From Candidatus Berkelbacteria bacterium (GTDB lineage: Bacteria > Patescibacteriota > UBA1384 > 2-12-FULL-50-11), in NCBI GenBank assembly GCA_016432625.1, contig CP066697.1, forward strand, positions 345,363 to 390,408: DNA of 45,046 nt, written 5' to 3'. The position numbers and the translations under genes are program-made. Below are positions 19,115 through 28,523 of this stretch, piece after piece. The notes beneath the pieces were generated by a model that did not search any database, had not been told where the DNA came from, and saw only the letters and a list, made by a program, of their open reading frames with translations. Within the stretch, counting starts at the first letter, position 1. Every line of letters starts with the position of its first letter.

Positions 19115-19159
19115 GTTGAGTTTGATACCCAAAAAGTCATTGAGTTCTACTCACGATAA
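19115..19159 (+). repeat. Second, diverged copy of the last 15 codons (incl. stop) of rpsD (pairs with 19027..19071)
   Basis: gttgagtttgatacccaaaaagtcattgagttctactcacgataa compared with attgagtttgatacgcagaaggtaattgagttttactccaggtaa: 36/45 nt identical. The peptides are VEFDTQKVIEFYSR* and IEFDTQKVIEFYSR*. The copy lies inside a 28-aa ORF at 19073..19159 (MERFKLTSQAQAIAVEFDTQKVIEFYSR). Confidence 0.85.
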
Positions 19160-19174
19160 TAGCAATGCCATATC

Positions 19175-19203
19175 TTGATAGCACTCAAAGTAACTGGTAC
19201 AAT
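19175..19203 (+). promoter_or_regulatory. Sigma70-type promoter upstream of rpoA
   Basis: TTGATA (19175-19180), a 17-nt spacer, then TACAAT (19198-19203). GGAGG lies 10 nt before the rpoA ATG. Confidence 0.6.
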
Positions 19204-19238
19204 TTACAAGAAATATTGAATTTGGAGGTACTATAAAA

Positions 19239-20039
19239 ATGTCTTACCAACTACCTGAAGTTTCATTAATGCAGGTCAAAGTCCAGGACACCAGCGGCGA
19301 CACTGGTACTTTTGTCGTCGAACCACTTCTGCCAGGTTTTGGTTTGACTGTCGGTAACGCCTTGCGTCGCGTTTTGCTGTCATCTCTACCTGGTGCCGCG
19401 ATCACATCTATCCGCATTGACGGCGTTAATCACGAATTTACGACCATCAAAGGCGTACGCCAAGACGTTGTCGATTTAATTCTTAACCTCAAACAAGTCC
19501 GTCTACGTGTCGAGTCAGATGAGCCGCAGGTCATAATTCTTGACGCTAAGGGCGAGAAGAAGACCAAAGCTGGTGATTTTAAATGTCCAACAGGTGTGGA
19601 AATTATTAACAAAGACCTACCGATTGCGGAACTAATTTCCGGTGGCAAGCTCTTACTCGAAGCAACCGTTGAGAAGGGCCGCGGTTACGTCCCAACCGAG
19701 ATGCGCAAAGAAGAGAAGCTGCCAATTGGTGTTATCGCCATCGACTCTGCTTTCTCACCAGTCAAAAGGGTTAACTTCAACACTGAGAACACCCGTGTTG
19801 GTAAGATGACTAACTTTGACAGACTAATTATCGAGATTGAGACAGACGGTTCTATTACGCCACATCAGGCGCTGGAACAGTCTTCAGCAATTCTCGTTGA
19901 CCACTTTTCCGTCCTCTCTGGCGGTGAGTCACAAGCTGAGACCGAGGTCTCTGAAGAAGAAGTTTCTGAGGCTGAGATAACCGAAGAGCCAAAAGCCAAA
20001 AAGGCAGTTGCCAAGAAACTTGCTAAAAAGGTTAAGTAA
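19239..20039 (+). CDS. rpoA: DNA-directed RNA polymerase alpha subunit; N-terminal domain only, plus a charged tail
   Basis: FVVEPLLPGFGLTVGNALRRVLLSSLPGAAITSIRIDGVNHEF...RGYVP...IAIDSAFSPVKRVNF...DRLIIEIETDGSITP. 266 aa, ending in SEEEVSEAEITEEPKAKKAVAKKLAKKVK. Confidence 0.93.
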   Translation: MSYQLPEVSLMQVKVQDTSGDTGTFVVEPLLPGFGLTVGNALRRVLLSSLPGAAITSIRIDGVNHEFTTIKGVRQDVVDLILNLKQVRLRVESDEPQVIILDAKGEKKTKAGDFKCPTGVEIINKDLPIAELISGGKLLLEATVEKGRGYVPTEMRKEEKLPIGVIAIDSAFSPVKRVNFNTENTRVGKMTNFDRLIIEIETDGSITPHQALEQSSAILVDHFSVLSGGESQAETEVSEEEVSEAEITEEPKAKKAVAKKLAKKVK

Positions 20040-20041
20040 CA

Positions 20042-20464
20042 ATGTACCGGGTAGTTCGTGCCTTATCTGATTTTCAGCAGACCGAGCTACGGAGCCAGCT
20101 AACGTCATTGGTACTTTACGAAGCTGTCACAACCACAAGCGCTAAGGCGCGCAATTTAGTGCCGTTCTCAAATCGATTTTTTAACACCATTCGCAATAAA
20201 GATCTGGGAGCAAAAAAAGTGGCACACTCAACCCTACTTGATAAGAAAGCAATCGCTAAGGTTTTTGAAGAGATATTGCCTCGCTATAAAGACAGCGAAA
20301 CAACGTTTGTGCGTAGTTTAAAAGTTGCTAACCGTAAGGGTGATAATGCGCCGCAGACGATGGTCGCGCTCATAGCTCCACTAAAAGTTGAGTCACCAAA
20401 AGCCGTCGAAGCTAAAGAGGCTGCGAAACCAAAGGCAGCTAAACCTAGTAAGAAGACATCATGA
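20042..20464 (+). CDS. rplQ: 50S ribosomal protein bL17 (divergent N-terminus)
   Basis: Position after rpoA. LVLYEAVTTTSAKARNLVPFSNRFF...TFVRSLKVANRKGDNAPQTMVALI resembles the bL17 core. Confidence 0.8.
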   Translation: MYRVVRALSDFQQTELRSQLTSLVLYEAVTTTSAKARNLVPFSNRFFNTIRNKDLGAKKVAHSTLLDKKAIAKVFEEILPRYKDSETTFVRSLKVANRKGDNAPQTMVALIAPLKVESPKAVEAKEAAKPKAAKPSKKTS

Positions 20465-20835
20465 CCGTATCTAAACCCCTAACCCACACTATTGATGCTG
20501 AAGGAAAGATATTGGGCCGTCTCGCTACCGAGATCGCTGTACTTCTACGCGGTAAAAATAAAATCGGTTTCACTTTCAATGAAGATCACGGCGATAAGGT
20601 TATTGTAAAAAACGCCAGTAAGATAGTTCTGACCGGTAATAAGACCGAGCAGAAAAAATATTACCGACATTCGCAGTACCCGGGAGCGTTACGTGAAATT
20701 TCTTACAAAGAGATGAAGGAAACTCACCCTGAACGAATAATTGAACATGCTGTAAAAAATATGTTGCCAAACAACCGTTTACGTACGCGCTGGATGAAGC
20801 GCCTAGTAATCGAACAAGGAGAAACTAATGCCTAA
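20461..20835 (+). CDS. rplM: 50S ribosomal protein uL13
   Basis: IDAEGKILGRLATEIAVLLRGKNK...KKYYRHSQYPGALREISY...IEHAVKNMLP.N.L. Confidence 0.94.
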   Translation: MTVSKPLTHTIDAEGKILGRLATEIAVLLRGKNKIGFTFNEDHGDKVIVKNASKIVLTGNKTEQKKYYRHSQYPGALREISYKEMKETHPERIIEHAVKNMLPNNRLRTRWMKRLVIEQGETNA

Positions 20836-21205
20836 AACTGACGACCTTTTTACTGGAGTAGGCCGAAGAAAATCTGCAGTTGCTCAAACCAGAATTCATT
20901 CTGGTCGCGGAACTTTAACCGTCAATGGCAAGGAAAAGCCTTGGCCACGTAAAGTAACTCAAATTTTTGAACTCGTAGGACGTATTGGCGAGCTCGACGC
21001 CGAAGTTATTGTTCGCGGCGGGGGAATTACTGGCCAGAAAGATGCGATTGCTCTAGGTATTGCCAGAGCCTTAGTCGAATTAAACCCAGACTTCCGCTCA
21101 ACTCTTCGCAAAGCTGGCTATTTAACTCGTGATGCTCGTATTACTGAGCGTAAGAAACCTGGTTTGAAAAAAGCTCGACGCGCCCCACAGTGGGCAAAGC
21201 GTTAA
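20828..21205 (+). CDS. rpsI: 30S ribosomal protein uS9
   Basis: GVGRRKSAVAQTRI..G.G...VNGK...GGGITGQKDAIALGIARAL...LRKAGYLTRDARITERKKPGLKKARRAPQWAKR. Confidence 0.96.
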   Translation: MPKTDDLFTGVGRRKSAVAQTRIHSGRGTLTVNGKEKPWPRKVTQIFELVGRIGELDAEVIVRGGGITGQKDAIALGIARALVELNPDFRSTLRKAGYLTRDARITERKKPGLKKARRAPQWAKR

Positions 21206-21206
21206 T

Positions 21207-21234
21207 AAAAAACCGGCAGATGTGCCGGTTTTTT
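21207..21234 (+). terminator. Rho-independent terminator ending the ribosomal superoperon
   Basis: An A-tract, then CCGGCA-gatg-TGCCGG, then TTTTTT, immediately after the rpsI stop. Confidence 0.8.
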
Positions 21235-21280
21235 GGTTGCTTGAATGTTTAGTAGTATCAGGAGAAAATAAGCTCAAGCC

Positions 21281-21598
21281 ATGGCCAAAAACAAGTTAGA
21301 GCAAGTCAATCAATCCTATAAAAAAGCGCTTGGCGCAGTCCTACTTAGGGAGTTTCCGGATATAGTTGAGCTCTCAGTCAGTTATGTCTTGATTGACCCA
21401 TCTTATCAACACGGACGCGTTTGGCTTAAAACTACTCCAGAAATTTTAACCAAAGTCGAGAACAAGCGTCACGAGATCCAGACAGCTATGAAAAGATACG
21501 TCAAAACCCGCTACACGCCCAAATTAGCTTTTCTAATTGAAACCGGGGAAGTAGAGAAAATCGACGAGCTATTTAGCAAGCTGGATAACAAACAATGA
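21281..21598 (+). CDS. rbfA: Ribosome-binding factor A-like protein
   Basis: 105 aa. The pattern QVNQSYKKALGAVLLREF...LSVSYVLIDPSYQHGRVWL...RYTPKLAFLIETGEVEKIDELFSKL fits the RbfA layout (..R.P.L.F..D.s.e....i..ll). Confidence 0.55.
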   Translation: MAKNKLEQVNQSYKKALGAVLLREFPDIVELSVSYVLIDPSYQHGRVWLKTTPEILTKVENKRHEIQTAMKRYVKTRYTPKLAFLIETGEVEKIDELFSKLDNKQ

Positions 21599-21975
21599 AA
21601 ACGAAGGTGTTACTGTTCTTAATATTCGCTGTGACAATTTTTGCTCTAGGAACAGTGGTTACCGTTTTATTTAACACGGCGCCAACAAGTGCTGATGTGA
21701 TCGCGCTATTCTACTTAGCGTTACTAGTCGCGGTTTTCGGTATTATTTTCTTTGCCACATACAGCTTTCACTACCTTAAACTACAAGCTATCCCGAGCTG
21801 GCAGAGTACTATTGGCGCGATGCGTCTTGGTCTTGTAGGCGGCCTGTTGATAATCGCCTTGTTGGCGATTCGTAGCGTTGATTACTTAAACACCGCCACG
21901 TTCATCGTTCTGTTTTTGCTCGCCATCGCAACAGAGCTAATCCTACGTAAGCGGACAGTCCTAAAATTAAAATGA
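21595..21975 (+). CDS. Small integral membrane protein (4 predicted TM helices)
   Basis: Hydrophobic stretches LLFLIFAVTIFALGTVVTVLF, IALFYLALLVAVFGIIFFATY, LGLVGGLLIIALLAI and FIVLFLLAIATELIL. 4-nt overlaps with both neighbours. Confidence 0.6.
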   Translation: MKTKVLLFLIFAVTIFALGTVVTVLFNTAPTSADVIALFYLALLVAVFGIIFFATYSFHYLKLQAIPSWQSTIGAMRLGLVGGLLIIALLAIRSVDYLNTATFIVLFLLAIATELILRKRTVLKLK

Positions 21976-22652
21976 CTGGGCACCTTCATCCACTTACCAC
22001 TACTGCCGAGCTCGTCGTTGGGTACTTCAAGCCGCTTGGTTTCGAGATCGTTTTAGGGCCGGAAGCTGAGAGTGAAGAGTATAACTTCGACAAGCTGCGC
22101 GTGTTTGCCGATCACCCGGCTCGGGATGAGCACGACACTTTTTACTTACTGGATGGACGAGTGCTAAGAACTCATACCTCAAATATGCAGCTGCGGGCGA
22201 TGGAAAGCCGAAAGCCCCCAGTTCGTTTGCTTTCTATAGGCCGTTGTTATCGCAACGAGGCGACTGATTCAGGTCATAACACAACATTCCACCAAGTAGA
22301 GGCGCTGGTCATAGGTGAGGATATTACCTTCCAGCACCTAATCGGTACTTTGAAGGAGATGATGAAGCACTTGATCGGTGAGTCGCTGGAATTTCGCATC
22401 CGCCCTGGCTATTTCCCATTTGTTGAGCCGGGTATCGAATTAGATTTTCGAAAAAAGGGTGGCCAGTGGCAAGAAATACTTGGCGCAGGGATGGTTCACC
22501 CAGAAGTGCTCGGAAACATGAAGATTGACCCGAAGAAATACACCGGCTTTGCCTTTGGGATGGGCCTAGAGCGGCTTTTGGGCGTCATGACTGGTATTGA
22601 TGACGTCAGATTGCCACTATCAGGCGATTATCGTCTGCTAACCCAATTCTAA
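21972..22652 (+). CDS. pheS: Phenylalanyl-tRNA synthetase alpha subunit, catalytic core only (226 aa)
   Basis: HPLTTTAELVVGYFKPLGFEIVLGPEAESEEYNFDKLRVFADHPARDEHDTFYL...GRCYRNEATD..H...FHQVEALV...GYFPFVEPG...GAGMVHPEVL...GFAFGMGLERL. Confidence 0.93.
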   Translation: MTGHLHPLTTTAELVVGYFKPLGFEIVLGPEAESEEYNFDKLRVFADHPARDEHDTFYLLDGRVLRTHTSNMQLRAMESRKPPVRLLSIGRCYRNEATDSGHNTTFHQVEALVIGEDITFQHLIGTLKEMMKHLIGESLEFRIRPGYFPFVEPGIELDFRKKGGQWQEILGAGMVHPEVLGNMKIDPKKYTGFAFGMGLERLLGVMTGIDDVRLPLSGDYRLLTQF

Positions 22653-24505
22653 TGCTTATTAAGCGTTCTCACCTAAAGAAGTTCTTACCTAGCCTGTCGT
22701 GGTCAGACGAAGAGCTGGCGGATAAGCTCTCCAGTATTGGCCATGAGGCCGAAGTAGTTCGTGACGATACGCTTGAGGTAAAGATCTTCCCCAATCGTGG
22801 CGACACCTTGTCGTTATACGGACTATCGCGTGATTTGTCGGCTCATTTTACTGAGTTAGGCGAGCTAGCGGAGCCGGAAATCGCTCCGCTTCCGAAACCA
22901 GCGGATTTCATAAAATTAAATATCACCGACAAAGCTAAGGCTTTTATTACTGCCGATGAATTACTTAAAATCGACAATTATCAGCACACCGAAAGCCCTC
23001 CTGAAATTAAAGCATATCTAGCCACTCTGGGGCTGCAGCCAAAAGACCTGTTGATCGATATCACAAATGCCTTAACCTACGAACTTGGCTTGCCGCTACA
23101 TGTTTTCGACTACGGTAAGATCAGCAGCGGCTTGGAGGTAGACTTGTCTCGCTCGGGGGAAGAAGTAATGCTTCTCGACGGTAAGAACTATAAATTACCG
23201 AAAGACCTGCTGATACAGCGCCACAACAATGAAGTAGTTGATCTCATGGGTGTGATGGGCGGCAAAAACTCTGCCGTCAGCGAAAAAACAACTAATGTGG
23301 TTTTTCAAGCGACAACTTTTGGCGGAGCAATTATTCGACGCAATAGCCGTGAAGCAAAAGTACACACCGAAGCTTCATATCGCAACCAACGCGGCGTCGA
23401 CCCTAAACTTGCCAGCGTCTCGTTATCGCGAGTGGCGTATTTGCTTACAAAGTACGTTCCAAGAGTGAAAATAAGTGGCTACCAGCCCTATAAAGCAGTG
23501 GCTGTCCGCACAATTATTGAGGTATTGCCCGAACAAATAAGCCGAGTACTCGGCGTTAGTGTAAGCCAAAAGAATTTAGAAAACTTAAACCGTCTTGGCT
23601 TTTCTTATGACAAGCCTGAATTAACCGTACCGAGCTGGCGACAAGACGTGACGATAGTGGCCGATGTAGCTGAAGAGGTAGCGAAAATGATCGGTTTGAA
23701 CGAGCTGGGTGATAAACCTCTCACTAACCAGGCTCCAGCCAAGAGTGGTGAGTACGAAAACGTCCTTGATATCAAACGTCTGCTGGCGAAATATGGCTTG
23801 AGCGAAACAATGTCCTATTCGTTTACTTCCGAAGGATCACTAAAACTCCAGAATCCTCGAAATAAGGCGCAAACGGCAATGCGACCCACCCTAAAATACG
23901 GCCTACTACAAACCCTGGCGCGCAATCCTTACTTAAGTAAATCGATGCTTTATGAATGCGGACACGTCTTTAAACCTGAGGAAGAAAATTATCTAGGTAT
24001 AATTACGAGCGGCTACAAAGACTCTGCAGTTCAGGAGTTGAATCAAAAATTATCAAGCGTGTTAGGCACGGAATTACGATTTGAAGAAGTGTCGCAAACA
24101 GACCGTGATGAATGCGACGTCAAACAGTCACGGGTCTATTTTGCTGAACTGCCAATTCCTACGGTTAACGGTACGACAGACGAAGTACTACCAATCGAGA
24201 AATTGCCGAAGTACCGGCCGATCAGTAAGTTTCCTCCTGCCGTGCGCGACGTAACGTTAGTGATGGACTCTTCTATTCAGCCCTCCACAATAGTCAAAAA
24301 GCTTGGTGGAGAGGGAAAAGTTTTTGTCGTCGAGCACATTGATACATACACTTCTGATGAAAAATTAGGTAGCGACAAGGCTGCTCTAACTTTTCGACTT
24401 ATTTTCCAGAGCCTAGAAAGAACACTCACCGACGAGGAGGCTAATAAAATCCAGGAGGAGATCTTCCATAACCTGGAGACTACTGTAAAATTTGAGATAA
24501 GATGA
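22652..24505 (+). CDS. pheT: Phenylalanyl-tRNA synthetase beta subunit (617 aa, lacks the N-terminal OB-fold tRNA-binding domain)
   Basis: The B1 start (LSWSDEELADKLSSIGHEAEVV) joins directly to LEVKIFPNRGDTLSLYGLSRDL. The B3/4, B5 and C-terminal FDX-ACB-like regions (ALTFRLIFQSLERTLTDEEANKIQEEI) are present. Confidence 0.9.
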   Translation: MLIKRSHLKKFLPSLSWSDEELADKLSSIGHEAEVVRDDTLEVKIFPNRGDTLSLYGLSRDLSAHFTELGELAEPEIAPLPKPADFIKLNITDKAKAFITADELLKIDNYQHTESPPEIKAYLATLGLQPKDLLIDITNALTYELGLPLHVFDYGKISSGLEVDLSRSGEEVMLLDGKNYKLPKDLLIQRHNNEVVDLMGVMGGKNSAVSEKTTNVVFQATTFGGAIIRRNSREAKVHTEASYRNQRGVDPKLASVSLSRVAYLLTKYVPRVKISGYQPYKAVAVRTIIEVLPEQISRVLGVSVSQKNLENLNRLGFSYDKPELTVPSWRQDVTIVADVAEEVAKMIGLNELGDKPLTNQAPAKSGEYENVLDIKRLLAKYGLSETMSYSFTSEGSLKLQNPRNKAQTAMRPTLKYGLLQTLARNPYLSKSMLYECGHVFKPEEENYLGIITSGYKDSAVQELNQKLSSVLGTELRFEEVSQTDRDECDVKQSRVYFAELPIPTVNGTTDEVLPIEKLPKYRPISKFPPAVRDVTLVMDSSIQPSTIVKKLGGEGKVFVVEHIDTYTSDEKLGSDKAALTFRLIFQSLERTLTDEEANKIQEEIFHNLETTVKFEIR

Positions 24506-25890
24506 CAAACCACTCACGGGTACTAAGTAATGAAGTTAACCAGCAGGTAGACAAGAAGGTCCTTCTTCGTGGTTGGGCGCAAACTATTCGTCTTCACTCT
24601 AAGGTTGCGTTTATAGACTTGCGTGACAGAAAGGGCATTACGCAACTCGTCATAACTGACGCCTTGTTGAACGATGTGCAGAACCTGACTCCCGAGTCGG
24701 TTATAAGTGTTGAAGGTGTGGTTACTAAACGTCCTCAAAATTTAGTAAACCCGAATATTATTAGTGGCACCGTTGAGGTACAAGTTGATAAATTAACTGT
24801 TGAGGCAGTCGCTAAACCATTACCGCTACCCTTGAACGATCGCGAAGTTGGAGAGGACGTGCGATTAAAATATCGCTATTTGGACTTACGCAGCACCAAA
24901 ATGGCCGAAAACCTGCGCACCAGGCACAGAATGAATCAGTTCATCCGTGATTTCTTCACTAATAAGGACTTTATTGAGGTGGAGACCCCATACATTTCCA
25001 AATCAACGCCTGAAGGCGCACGAGACTATTTAGTGCCGAGCCGCATTATGCCAGGCAACTTCTACGCTTTGCCGCAATCTCCACAACAGTACAAGCAACT
25101 CCTGATGGTAGCCGGCGCTGAACGTTATTTTCAGATCGTTCGCTGCTTTCGCGATGAAGATGCCCGAGCCGATCGCCAACCAGAATTTAGCCAGCTTGAT
25201 GTTGAACTAAGTTTTAGTTCACAGGAAGAGATTCTAGAGCTACTGGAAGACGCCTATAAAGATTTGGTCAAAACACTTTTCCCGGAGAAATCTTTAACTT
25301 TTGCTGCATTCCCGCGCTTGAAATACGCCGAAGTTATGAAGCAATACGGTACCGACCGACCAGACTTGCGTAAAGATAAAAACAACCCTGATGAGCTGGC
25401 TTTTGCGTTTATTGTCGACTTTCCAATGTTTGAGTACAAAGAGGGCGACAAGCGATGGGGAGCTGTTCACCATCCGTTTACCGCGCCAGCAGCGGAGTGG
25501 GAGGATAAATTCGAGAAAGACCCGAAGAACGCCTTCGCCGAGCAGTATGACCTTGTCCTAAATGGTAGCGAGGTTGCAGGTGGCAGTATTAGAATTCACA
25601 AACCTGAGGTACTTCAAAGAGTGTTTGAGTTTCTAGGACACAGTAAAGATGAGATAACCGCTAAATTTGGCCATTTGATCGAAGCATTTCAGTATGGCGT
25701 GCCGCCGCATGGTGGCTTTGCGTCGGGCCTAGATCGGCTTTACGCAATATTGCTGAAAGAAGACTCAATTCGTGACGTTATCGCCTTTGCTAAAGCGGGC
25801 GACGGTCGTGATTTGATGATGAATGCCCCGAGCCCGATCGATGAGTCACAGCTAAAGGAGTTGGGGCTTAAGAGAGCTGATGCTAAATAG
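24502..25890 (+). CDS. aspS: Aspartyl-tRNA synthetase, bacterial-type core without the GAD insertion (462 aa)
   Basis: OB fold (VLLRGWAQTIRLHSKVAFIDLRDRKGITQLV). YALPQSPQQYKQLLMVAG.ERYFQIVRCFRDEDARADRQPEFSQLDVELSF. GGSIRIH. PPHGGFASGLDRL. Confidence 0.92.
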   Translation: MTNHSRVLSNEVNQQVDKKVLLRGWAQTIRLHSKVAFIDLRDRKGITQLVITDALLNDVQNLTPESVISVEGVVTKRPQNLVNPNIISGTVEVQVDKLTVEAVAKPLPLPLNDREVGEDVRLKYRYLDLRSTKMAENLRTRHRMNQFIRDFFTNKDFIEVETPYISKSTPEGARDYLVPSRIMPGNFYALPQSPQQYKQLLMVAGAERYFQIVRCFRDEDARADRQPEFSQLDVELSFSSQEEILELLEDAYKDLVKTLFPEKSLTFAAFPRLKYAEVMKQYGTDRPDLRKDKNNPDELAFAFIVDFPMFEYKEGDKRWGAVHHPFTAPAAEWEDKFEKDPKNAFAEQYDLVLNGSEVAGGSIRIHKPEVLQRVFEFLGHSKDEITAKFGHLIEAFQYGVPPHGGFASGLDRLYAILLKEDSIRDVIAFAKAGDGRDLMMNAPSPIDESQLKELGLKRADAK

Positions 25891-26878
25891 TTACGTCAAA
25901 ACACCTACACGTCACCGACCACGCATTCTCTCATTAGTGACGTTGCTCGTAATACTTTTTCTTCTTCGCTCAGGGAGTACCGCTCCAATCGCTTCTGCGA
26001 GTGGCTCGACTGAGACGGCGAGCTTAGCAAGCTTAGATAGTGTCGAGGAATACCTTGCCGTAAAGGATAAGGCCCCCGCAGCACCGATCTACGCCAAATC
26101 TTACATCTTGATGGATGGCGAAACTGGGGACATACTGGTAAATCGTAACGGTGATCTTTCAATTCCTATTGCCTCAACAACCAAAATGATTACCGCTCTT
26201 ACGGCCGTTGAGAACTTAAAACTAGACGATGTGACAACAACTACCGCCTTCCCGACAAGAATAGAGGGCTCGAAGGTTAATTTACTTACCGACGAGAAGA
26301 TAACTGTTCTAAACCTCCTCAAGGCGCTGCTTATAAATTCAGGAAACGACTCTGCGTTTGCAATCGCAGAAGCATATTCAGGCAAAACAGGCGACTACCA
26401 GACATTTGTTAAAAAAATGAACGAATTCGTGGCGAAAAACGGCCTCAAGAATACCGTCCTGTCAGATCCAGCTGGCCTAGATGATGAAAAAGGCCGCTCC
26501 ACGCCGCGTGAACTGGCGCATATCGCCAGGATTTTGCTTAAGAACGAGGCACTTTCGAAGATAGTCAGCACACCGCAGGAAGTGGTTACCTCAGTTAATG
26601 GACAGCAGCGTCATGAATTAAAAAATACCAACCGTCTTATTCAATCAGACACCCCGTACTACATGCCGAATGCTTTAGGGGTGAAAACCGGCTTCACGCA
26701 TGAAGCAGGGCATAGCCTAGTTGCCGCCTACCGATTGGGCGATCGGTTACTCATCGGTGTAGTCATGAATACAGCAGAATACACCAACACTGCCTCGGCG
26801 GCAGAAATGAAAAAGCTTTTTCTTTGGGCTGAGCAGAATTTAGCAAAGAAAAAGTATCTTGAGCTCGCTGTACCTTAA
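25880..26878 (+). CDS. D-alanyl-D-alanine carboxypeptidase (S11 / PBP5-like)
   Basis: N-terminal TM/signal segment. SxxK (ASTTKM), SxN (NSGNDSA) and KTG (VKTGFT) motifs appear in the correct order and spacing. Confidence 0.88.
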   Translation: MLNSYVKTPTRHRPRILSLVTLLVILFLLRSGSTAPIASASGSTETASLASLDSVEEYLAVKDKAPAAPIYAKSYILMDGETGDILVNRNGDLSIPIASTTKMITALTAVENLKLDDVTTTTAFPTRIEGSKVNLLTDEKITVLNLLKALLINSGNDSAFAIAEAYSGKTGDYQTFVKKMNEFVAKNGLKNTVLSDPAGLDDEKGRSTPRELAHIARILLKNEALSKIVSTPQEVVTSVNGQQRHELKNTNRLIQSDTPYYMPNALGVKTGFTHEAGHSLVAAYRLGDRLLIGVVMNTAEYTNTASAAEMKKLFLWAEQNLAKKKYLELAVP

Positions 26879-26896
26879 CTAATATATGCTCTACTC

Positions 26897-26925
26897 TTGA
26901 CAAAGATGGGTATAGGTATATTAAT
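26897..26925 (+). promoter_or_regulatory. Candidate sigma70 promoter for the 27045 gene
   Basis: TTGACA at 26897-26902 is followed about 14-17 nt later by an AT-rich stretch tatattaat. The exact -10 hexamer is ambiguous. Confidence 0.4.
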
Positions 26926-27032
26926 TACTGGATATTCGTCACAGTGCACAAATTGCACTTCAACGAGTCCGGTGGCTCTCTTGGGAATGAAATGACCAGA
27001 GACACGCGTTTGGAAGTGATCACAAATAATAA

Positions 27033-27728
<696 letters not shown>

Positions 27729-27754
27729 GAAAGTAAGCTAAGAATAAAGGAAGA

Positions 27755-27785
27755 GCGTCGGCAAAGGCCGGCGCCTTTCTTTTAT
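27755..27785. terminator. Bidirectional terminator between convergent genes
   Basis: GCGTCGGC-aaag-GCCGGCGC (8 bp including one G-U) followed by CTTTCTTTTATT. It lies between the stops at 27728 (+) and 27810 (-). Confidence 0.7.
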
Positions 27786-27809
27786 TACCTACTTAGTTGG
27801 AGCTCGAGG

Positions 27810-28523
27810 CTAACTACGTTTGTTTTTCGGCCAAGTCGTCAGGGCGATAGATGCAGCGTCTTGCTCGGCACGCTGCTTTGAGGTTCCAGTGCCTTTAGCA
27901 ATTAAACGGCCCGAAGCATGGACGCCGACAACAAACTGCTTCTGGTGATCCGGACCTTCCTCTGACAACACACGGTACTCTGGCGTAGCGCCAAGATCAT
28001 CCTGACACACCTCCTGTAGGCGTGATTTTGGGTCGATGTAGAGCTTTTTCTCTATAATCTCAGGTAAAAGGGCGATCAAGTACTTATGAATGAACTTAGA
28101 AGAGGCCTCGTATCCCAGATCAAGGTAAATCGCGCCGATTAGAGCTTCGAAAGTATTAGCTAGAATTAGACTTCGGGAGCGGCCGCCGGATTTTTCCTCA
28201 CCTTTACTAAGGTAGAGCTGCTGGCCTAGCTCAATATCAGACGCAACTTTTGCCAGAACTTCGCCTTTGACTATCGAACTGCGCCAATTTGTCAGCTCAC
28301 CCTCGGGGTTGTCGTAAGTTTTATAGAGATACTCAGTAACGACTAGCTCAAGAACTGCGTCCCCCAAGAACTCTAAGCGCTCGTTGTGCTCGCGAATGTC
28401 TTCGGGTGATTCATTTAAATACGACCGGTGTACGAAAACCGTTCGCAGTAAGTTGGGATCGTTAAATTTTAGTTGATGCCTAGCCTGAAAGTCTTCAAGC
28501 TGCTTCAGCTGGATCTGGTTCAT
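27810..28523 (-). CDS. rnc: Ribonuclease III
   Basis: Internal ATG 28523 ([12 protein letters not shown]...). Signature [16 protein letters not shown], plus a C-terminal dsRBD (..[26 protein letters not shown]). The track start at 28562 overlaps nusB further. Confidence 0.93.
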   Translation of the reverse strand: MNQIQLKQLEDFQARHQLKFNDPNLLRTVFVHRSYLNESPEDIREHNERLEFLGDAVLELVVTEYLYKTYDNPEGELTNWRSSIVKGEVLAKVASDIELGQQLYLSKGEEKSGGRSRSLILANTFEALIGAIYLDLGYEASSKFIHKYLIALLPEIIEKKLYIDPKSRLQEVCQDDLGATPEYRVLSEEGPDHQKQFVVGVHASGRLIAKGTGTSKQRAEQDAASIALTTWPKNKRS

